Shown in pieces: positions 54,790 to 64,000 of a stretch of 64,000 bases of DNA. Made by a program: the position numbers and the translations under genes. The stretch comes from Eledone cirrhosa. Taxonomy: Eukaryota. The stretch spans positions 30,008,001-30,072,000 of the forward strand of contig OZ024755.1 in assembly GCA_964016885.1 (NCBI GenBank), given 5' to 3'. A model generated the notes under the pieces. It was given only the letters and a program-made list of their open reading frames with translations. It had not been told where the DNA came from and made no database searches. Every line of letters starts with the position of its first letter. The stretch's first letter is position 1.

Positions 54790-55875
54790 GATTCACGTCA
54801 CCGGGTAGTGAAGTTCTTGTTGATGATAAGATCAATTTCAGGTTAGCTAAAGCAAATCCAGCTTTTGAAAGACTGCGTCCTAAAGTCTGAAATCGTATAT
54901 GCATTAGAACCACTACCAAACAGTCATAATCTTGGTACAAGTATATGTCTACGTGAGAGGAACATCTGCATTATTTCCACTACACTTGTATTTACAGATT
55001 GTAGCACATTAAGTAACAAGACAACATCGCAGACACCCGGAGGTACCGCAACTGGAGAAACTTACTTTAACACAAACCCTGTTGACCCCCCCCCCCCCCC
55101 ACACACACACACATACACAAACGCTGGACATGTTATGTCCTCCGCAAATTGTCTCCGCTATAGTGAGTTCACTATAGAAATGATACAAGCCTCAACATCG
55201 CAGACACCCGGAGGTACCGCAACTGGAGAAACTTACTTTAACACAAACCCTGTTGACCCCCCCCCCCCCACACACACACATACACAAACGCTGGACATGT
55301 TATGTCCTCCGCAAATTGTCTCCGCTATAGTGAGTTCACTATAGAAATGATACAAGCCTCAACATCGCAGACACCCGGAGGTACCGCAACTGGAGAAACT
55401 TACTTTAACACAAACCCTGTTGACCCCCCCCCCCCCACACACACATACATACACAAACGCTGGACGACATGTTATATCCTCCGCAAATTGTCTCCGCTAT
55501 AGTGAGTTCACTATAGAAATGATACAAGCCTGTGGCCAGAAAGTATAACATGAACTTAACATTGAACACCACGGATATTGATATAAAGTTCCGAGAAGAA
55601 CTTGTTCAAAACACGTCCCCATGGCGCACACATATTCATAAATGTGCACTCTTCACAAGATACACTCATCCAGACAGCGGAAACCATGCGTCAGCTCAGC
55701 AAAGTCCATTTATTTGGCAGCTCAAATGATGCCACAAAATACAAATGCCTAATGTGTGGTTGCCTACGTCAGCACCTGAATCAGATTCATCAGGCATCTA
55801 CGGACACACAAAAGCTAATTAATCAAGTAACCAAGGTCATGGTTTTAATTGATTACCATTAGATGAACAACCGGC
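54790..55875 (+). mobile_element. Decayed RTE-like LINE 3' part with internal ~170-bp triplication (55022-55531)
   Basis: CAACATCGCAGACACCCGG...GATACAAGCCT occurs three times; AGHV and YSEF motifs; terminal CxxC. Confidence 0.55.
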
Positions 55876-56739
55876 CAATCTTATGTGAAATAACCCAAGG
55901 AATACAACAAGAAATAACGTTTGTAAACCCTCCAGGAGAATCATATAGTACTTGTTAAAGGTATCACTAAAAGGTATCTAAAATGATAAAAACCTGAAAC
56001 AGTTCATTATCTTTCATATGATTATTTTATACAACAAAGTAAAAATTTCTACACCTATGTGTAGAGACGTTTTCCTTGTCGCAAGTAATGTTGCTACGGA
56101 CGAAGGTCAAATCTAATTGAAATTGCACACTATTGTTTAAAACAAACTAATACATTGTATTATGTAGCTGTACAAGAAGTATTATGTGAATATATAGAAA
56201 TAAGATAGGCAGGCTAGGATGGCTTTATCTGGTCGTGACCTATATGTAAACTATAAAAAAAAACATTATACAACTATGAAGTGTTAATGGTAGAATTAAT
56301 AAGTAAATGAACGAGACATTGTATTCTGTTGTTATGGATGGATTACGTCAGGAAAAAAGAAACGACACAGTTCGGTTGGCCAGAGCTAATCTGGGTTGAA
56401 AAACAATAACAAGCAAATAAATAAATAAATAACTACAACTTCTATTGGTTCTTTTCCAGCCAAGAAATAAATTCAATGTATTCTATTAAAGTGGGGTCAA
56501 TAAATGGACACCTCTACATGGTCATTCAACCTGCTAGAAATCACTAAAAAAGAAAGACACACTGGATATTGTAATCTGGAAAAAGACAAAATTGAAAGGA
56601 AGGAATGTCTGGTCACGCTTGGAATGTATTTGATCATAGATATGCTCACTGATGGACGACCTGGGGGTAACAACGACAATATTTCATTCGATGTTTCACT
56701 TTTTGTGATTAATATCTATAGTTTAGTGTTTATCTAAAC

Positions 56740-57031
56740 CAGGTATGGGCAACCTTTTTCGAGAAGCGGGCCGCTTGGGACATGGCTCATCATCAGGCGG
56801 GCCGCAAGCGCTAATTTACATCCGTGCCCACATAAAAAAAGGGCGGTAACTGAGGTTGTTTTGATTTTATTTCTTCAGAATTCGTACACGTTCTTTTCCT
56901 CGATCGTAAAAATGATTGAAAGATAAATTACGTCTGAAAAGTTGGGGTTAAAAAAAATCAGAAAGATTTCACATGGGTGACTTTGGTGAGCCATGCAGAA
57001 AGGTTCGCGGGCCGCAGGTTGCCCATGACTG
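56740..57031. mobile_element. hAT (Charlie-like) MITE
   Basis: TIRs CAGGTATGGGCAACCT / AGGTTGCCCATGACTG; 8-bp TSD ATCTAAAC / ATATAAAC. Confidence 0.85.
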
Positions 57032-57129
57032 ATATAAACAAAACCGTGATCATCCTGTAGCAACGGAGTGAAAAGGGTCCGGGTGGGGTTGAGACCGAAA
57101 TCGAAATCAAATGATGTGAGTGTTGGGTA

Positions 57130-57209
57130 TGATAATGATGATGATGATAGTTTTGATAGTGTTACGAAGATGATGATGATGATGATGATAGTTTTGATAG
57201 TGTTACGAA

Positions 57210-57251
<42 letters not shown>

Positions 57252-57481
57252 AGTGTTACGAAGATGATGATGATGATGATGATGATAGTGTTACGAAGAT
57301 GATGATGATAGTTTTGATAGTGTTACGAAGATGATGATGATGATGATGATGATGATGATAGTGTTACGAAGAAGATGATGATGATGATAGTTTTGATAGT
57401 GTTACGAAGATGATGATGATGATGATAGTTTTGATAGTGTTACGAAGATGATGATGATGATGATGATGATAGTGTTACGAA

Positions 57482-57515
<34 letters not shown>

Positions 57516-58037
57516 GTAGTGATTGTGATGATGGTAGTGATGATGATGATGATGATGATGATGGTGGTGGTAGTGATGATGCTACAACAAGAATTAATCC
57601 CACACAGCACTCTTGAAGATCGATATGGCCGTTGAAACAAGCACATACACGCAATGTAAACATTGATCTCTACCGATAATTTATTTACTATTGACTGTAG
57701 GTTATGGGGCATCAATTACACTACGTTGGTAGTTCCCTTGTGTTCATTTCATTTTATCACTTATATTGTTATTGTTGTTGTTGTTGTTGTTGTTATTGTT
57801 CTTCTTCTTCGGGTTCATCGTACAACAAGAGCAGCAGCAGAAACAACAACAACAGCAGCAACAGCAGCAGCAGAAACATCAACAACAACAACAACAGCAG
57901 CAGCAGAAAAAACAACAACAACAGCAACAGTAATAACAACAATTACAACGTAAACAGCAACAACAACAGCAACACACAGCAACAACAACAATTACAACAA
58001 CAACAACAACAACAGCAACAACAGCCACAACAACACC

Positions 58038-58068
<31 letters not shown>

Positions 58069-58240
58069 CCACCACCACCACCACCACCACCACCACCACC
58101 ACAACAACAACAACAACAACAACACCAACAACAGCCACAACACCACCACCACCACCACCACCACCACCACCACCACCACCAACAACAACACCACCACCAC
58201 CACCACCACCACCACCACCACCTACTACTACTACTACTAC
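57130..58240. repeat. Compound trinucleotide repeats: (GAT)n with GATAGTGTTACGAA units, then GTT, CAA/CAG, CAC and TAC
   Basis: Direct inspection. Confidence 0.95.
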
Positions 58241-58329
58241 AATGTGATATTGACAAAGAAAATAAAAGACATGAAGTAAAAGTTTCCTATGCGGGATATT
58301 ACATTTAGTTTCCTTTTGACTTAAAGATT

Positions 58330-61300
58330 TTCTACCTTGATGATAATTCTACCTGTGTAATGACGGTGACCATGGTGATAATTCTATCTGTGTAATGACA
58401 GTAGCCTTGGTGATAATTCTATCTGTGTAATGACAGTAGCCTTGATGATAATTCTACCTGTGTAATGACAGTGACATGGTGATAATTCTACCTGTGTAAT
58501 GACAGTGACATGGTGATAATTCTACCTGTGTAATGACGGTGACCATGGTGATAATTCTACCTGTGTAATGACGGTAGCCTTGGTGATAATTATACCTGTG
58601 TAATGACGGTAGCCTTGGTGATAATTCTATCTGTGTAATGACAGTAGCCTTGGTGATAATTCTACCTGTGTAATGACAGTGACATGGTGATAATTCTACC
58701 TGTGTAATGACAGTGACATGGTGATAATTCTACCTGTGTAATGACGGTGACCATGGTGATAATTCTACCTGTGTAATGACAGTAGCCTTGGTGATAATTC
58801 TACCTGTGTAATGACAGTGACATGGTGATAATTCTACCTGTGTAATGACGGTGACATGGTGATAATTCTACCTTTGTAATGACGGTAGCCTTGGTGATAA
58901 TTCTACCTGTGTAATGACAGTGACATGGTGATAATTCTACCTGTGTAATGACGGTGACCATGGTGATAATTCTACCTGTGTAATGACGGTGACCATGGTG
59001 ATAATTCTACCTGTGTAATGACGGTGACCATGGTGATAATTCTACCTGTGTAATGACGGTGACCATGGTGATAATTCTATCTGTGAAATGACGGTGACCA
59101 TGGTGATAATTCTACCTGTGTAATGACGGTAACCATGGTGATAATTCTACCTGTGTAATGACAGTGACATGGTGATAATTCTACCTGTGTAATGACAGTG
59201 ACATGGTGATAATTCTACCTGTGTAATGACGGTGACCATGGTGATAATTCTACCTGTGTAATGACAGTAGCCTTGGTGATAATTCTACCTGTGTAATGAC
59301 GGTGACCATGGTGATAATTCTACCTGTGTAATGACAGTGACATGGTGATAATTCTACCTGTGTAATGACAGTGACATGGTGATAATTCTACCTGTGTAAT
59401 GACGGTGACGATGGTGATAATTCTACCTGTGTAATGACAGTGACCATGGTGATAATTCTACCTGTGTAATGACGGTGACCATGGTGATAATTCTACCTGT
59501 GTAATGACGGTAGCCTTGGTGATAATTCTACCTGTGTAATGACGGTAGCCTTGGTGATAATTCTATCTGTGTAATGACAGTAGCCTTGGTGATAATTCTA
59601 TCTGTGTAATGACAGTAGCCTTGGTGATAATTCTACCTGTGTAATGACGGTGACCATGGTGATAATTCTACCTGTGTAATGACAGTAGCCTTGGTGATAA
59701 TTCTACCTGTGTAATGACGGTGACCATGGTGATAATTCTACCTGTGTAATGACGGTAGCCTTGGTGATAATTCTATCTGTGTAATGACAGTAGCCTTGGT
59801 GATAATTCTACCTGTGTAATGACGGTAGCCTTGGTGATAATTCTACCTGTGTAATGACGGTAGCCTTGGTGATAATTCTATCTGTGTAATGACAGTAGCC
59901 TTGGTGATAATTCTACCTGTGTAATGACGGTAGCCTTGGTGATAATTCTACCTGTGTAATGACGGTGACCATGGTGATAATTCTACCTGTGTAATGACAG
60001 TGACATGGTGATAATTCTACCTGTGTAATGACAGTGACATGGTAATAATTCTACCTGTGTAATGACGGTGACATGGTGATAATTCTACCTTTGTAATGAC
60101 GGTAGCCTTGGTGATAATTCTACCTGTGTAATGACAGTGACATGGTGATAATTCTACCTGTGTAATGACGGTGACCATGGTGATAATTCTACCTGTGTAA
60201 TGACGGTGACCATGGTGATAATTCTACCTGTGTAATGACGGTGACCATGGTGATAATTCTATCTGTGTAATGACGGTGACCATGGTGATAATTCTACCTG
60301 TGTAATGACGGTGACCATGGTGATAATTCTACCTTTGTAATGACGGTAGCCTTGGTGATAATTCTACCTGTGTAATGACAGTGACATGGTGATAATTCTA
60401 CCTTTGTAATGACAGTGACCATGGTGATAATTCCACCTTTGTAATGACAGTCGTCTTGGTGATAATTCTACCTGTGTAATGACAGTGACCATGGTGATAA
60501 TTCTACCTTTGTAATGACAGTGACCATGGTGATAATTCTACCTGTGTAATGACAGTGACCATGGTGATAATTCTACCTTTGTAATGACAGTGACCATGGT
60601 GATAATTCTACCTGTGTAATGACAGTGACCATGGTGATAATTCTACCTGTGTAATGACAGTGACCATGGTGATAATTCTACCTTTGTAATGACGGTGACC
60701 TTGGTGATAATTCTATCTGTGTAATGACAGTGACATGGTGATAATTCTACCTTTGTAATGACAGTGACATGGTGATAATTCTACCTTTGTAATGACAGTG
60801 ACCATGGTGATAATTCTACCTTTGTAATGACGGTGACCTTGGTGATAATTCTACCTGTGTAATGACAGTGACCATGGTGATAATTCTACCTTTGTAATGA
60901 CAGTGACCATGGTGATAATTCTACCTTTGTAATGGCAGTGACCTTGGTGATAATTTTACCTTTGTAATGACAGTGAACATGGTGATAATTCTACCTTTGT
61001 AATGACAGTGACCATGGTGATAATTCTACCTGTGTAATGACGGTGACCATGGTGATAATTCTACCTTTGTAATGACGGTGACCATGGTGATAATTCTACC
61101 TTTGTAATGACGGTGACCATGGTGATAATTCTACCTTTGTAATGACAGTGACATGGTGATAATTCTACCTTTGTAATGACAGTGACCATGGTGATAATTC
61201 TACCTTTGTAATGACAGTCGCCTTGGTGATAATTCTACCTTTGTAATGACGGTGACCATGGTGATAATTCTACCTTTGTAATGACAGTGACCATGGTGAT

Positions 61301-62036
61301 AATTCTACCTTTGTAATGACGGTGACCATGGTGATAATTCTACCTGTGTAATGACAGTGACCATGGTAATAATTCTGCCTTTGTAATGACAGTCGCCTTG
61401 GTGATAATTCTACTTTTGTAATGACGGTGACCATGGTGATAATTCTACCTGTGTAATGACGGTGACCATGGTGATAATTCTACCTGTGTAATGACAGTGA
61501 CCATGGTAATAATTCTACCTTTGTAATGACGGTGACCATGGTGATAATTCTACCTTTGTAATGACAGTGACATGGTGATAATTCTACCTTTGTAATGACA
61601 GTGACCATGGTGATAATTCTACCTTTGTAATGACAGTGACCATGGTGATAATTCTACCTTTGTAATGACAGTGACCATGGTGATAATTCTACCTTTGTAA
61701 TGACAGTGACCATGGTGATAATTCTACCTTTGTAATGACGGTGACCTTAGTGATAATTAAACCTGTGTAATGACAGTGACATGGTGATAATTCTACCTTT
61801 GTAATGACGGTGACCATGGTGATAATTCTACCTCTGTAAGGGTGGTGACTATGATAATTCTACCTGTGTAATGACAGTGACATGGTGATAATTCTACCTT
61901 TGTAATGACGGTGACCATGGTGATAATTCTACCTCTGTAAGGGTGGTGACTATGATAATTCTACCTTTGTAATGACAGTGACCATGGTGATAATTCTACC
62001 TGTGTAATGACGGTGACCATGGTGATAATTCTACCA
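58330..62036. repeat. 34-35 bp satellite array (roughly 105 units)
   Basis: Consensus GGTGATAATTCTACCTGTGTAATGAC(A/G)GTGACCAT head-to-tail with no unique spacers. Confidence 0.97.
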
Positions 62037-62189
62037 AGGAGGCAAAGTTGAGCCCGCCGGGATTTGAACTCAGGATGCAGAGGCATTTAATCATCCAACG
62101 CGATAAAGTATCTACTATTTCACACCCTTTAGTGGTAAGGGTAACACCCTTACCATTAAAGGGTGTTACCCTTACCATTAATCATAATT

Positions 62190-62400
62190 TCGTGTTCGAC
62201 TCCCGGGCTGGATTGCGTGTTGTGTTTTTGAGCAAAACGATTCATTTCACGTTCCTCCAGTATACTCAGCTGAAAATGAGTACCAGCAATAGCTGGGGGT
62301 TTAACCCTGCGATGGACTGGCGTCCTGGCTATAGGCGTGCCTTGTATTCTCAGTCGCTTCACGCCGTGAAACCGGGAAAAGTACCGGCCTAACGAGACTT
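62190..62400 (+). mobile_element. CORE-like SINE fragment
   Basis: GTTCGACTCCC B box followed by GTGTTTTTGAGCAAAACGATTCATTTCACG. Confidence 0.55.
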
Positions 62401-62894
62401 CTATCTTAAGACAGACTTTATACGGCAACAGAACACATTTATATCTGCTCCATCACATGGTATCATGATGTAACACTAGAACTCTAACTGGAACACTTAA
62501 CCCATTAGCATTTAAACCGGCAATATCCGGCCAGAATTACCTCACAGAGAAAGCAACATGAATGGACCCTGACCCTCCCTTTCTAATTTCTCATTCTTTC
62601 TTCTGGTGAAGGACTAGCGCCCGAAACGAAAATACCCTTTTCCTGCCATTTCAAGCGTTAAAGTAATATATTCCTTCCATATACTGTACCGTTTTTGTTG
62701 TTATTTCTGTTTACCTTTTACACACACACACACACACATATGTATATATAAGCAGAAGGGATATTCAATTTGTTGGTAATTCAACCAATATAAATGTTTA
62801 TAACTGATTCAGAGCACTCTACATTTTTCTGGAGTATAATATACAATGATATTAAATAAATGGAAACTATATTTATAAAACCATATTTATTCTA

Positions 62895-63103
62895 TAATTA
62901 TATATATTTCAAGGGTACCAACATTTTGGTACGCTTTCACCAGATAAAATACGAAGTGTGTTTTATAAATTTTGATATAACCAAGGATAACTTGAACCGT
63001 TAAGGTATATTCTCCTTGGTTATGTCACAATTTATAAAACACACTTCGTATTTTATCTGATGATAACGTACCAACATTTTGTTACCCTTGAAATATATAT
63101 AAT
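62895..63103. repeat. Imperfect palindrome with H1 hammerhead motif in each arm, right arm cut by a SINE (63099-63282, minus)
   Basis: TATTTTAT-CTGATGA..GAAA-TATATA-TA at 63049-63103; mirror copy has CTGGTGA. Confidence 0.75.
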
Positions 63104-63407
63104 TGTTTCTACATTTGGCACAAGGCCAGAAATTATCCCAGTGTATTACTGGTACTTTATTTTATCGACCCCGTAAGGATGAAAGGCAAAGTTAACCTCG
63201 GCGGGATTTGAACTCAGATCATAAAAGGACGTAACTCTATGCTTCAAATCATGGTCCCAACTCTCTACCGATTCTGCCAATGTACGTATATATATATTGT
63301 CACGTCACTAGTGCCAAGCTGAATCAGCCATTGCCTTTACCTTGAACAACATCATATATAGTGTATATATATAATATATATAATGTATATATATGTATAT
63401 ATATATG

Positions 63408-63499
<92 letters not shown>

Positions 63500-63510
63500 T
63501 ATATACATAC

Positions 63511-63542
<32 letters not shown>

Positions 63543-63544
63543 GT

Positions 63545-63603
<59 letters not shown>

Positions 63604-64000
63604 AACAATTAAGTTAAAGATGTACATCCATATATGTATACTGAAATACTAGTATGTATATGAATACACACACGTATACATATGTAGATGTACCAAGTTT
63701 TTTTCACTGGTCACTTTACTGTGAGTGGCCAGCTATTCCGTATGTAAACACACAGACAAACCGGTTTTTAGAGTCATACTGGTTTTTGAGGAAACACCTT
63801 TCCTCTATTCTCCAGAAAGCCAGACAAGGAATATTGAACTAGTTTCGTTGTTGTTACAACTCATCAGCAATATTTACCTATCTTCCGGCCTCTCTAGAGA
63901 ATCGTAAAAGCACATAGCGCTATATGCTTTTTCTATGAAAATTAGTAGTGGGCAGACTAATTTGCATAGAGTGTGAGTAAGTACCGGTTCAACGGAGACG

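Noticed and set aside
57440-58279. PolyQ/H/N/T ORFs resembling a transcription-factor low-complexity region
   Set aside because: Pure trinucleotide repeats open in several frames on both strands; no domain or splice support
58330-62036. CRISPR-like array of ~35-bp repeats
   Set aside because: Units are head-to-tail with no unique spacers, no cas genes, eukaryotic context; it is a satellite

Overview
Eukaryotic, AT-rich, repeat-dominated genomic DNA. The SINE content, RTE content and huge (TA)n tracts resemble a coleoid cephalopod such as Octopus (inference). No intact protein-coding gene is present. The only convincing host exons are the last two coding exons (3185-3262, 3644-3788) of a gene with a G/Q/N/Y/S-rich prion-like C-terminus; they abut a ~3.1 kb segmental duplication (1-3096 ~ 25566-28601). 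The rest is tRNA-derived SINEs (two families), decayed RTE, CRE-clade and Penelope-like retrotransposons, Tc1/mariner, pogo, hAT and Helitron derivatives, microsatellites and a 3.7 kb 35-bp satellite. The most striking signal is about a dozen minimal type-I hammerhead ribozyme motifs (CUGANGA...GAAA, palindromic stem III, NUH) from at least five sequence-unrelated families. They lie in 0.2-0.9 kb non-coding cassettes, often 200-420 bp palindromes or partial tandem repeats, that end in (TA)n tracts. In one case a repeat boundary falls at the predicted self-cleavage site and defines a 517-nt monomer. All folds and alignments were done by eye.
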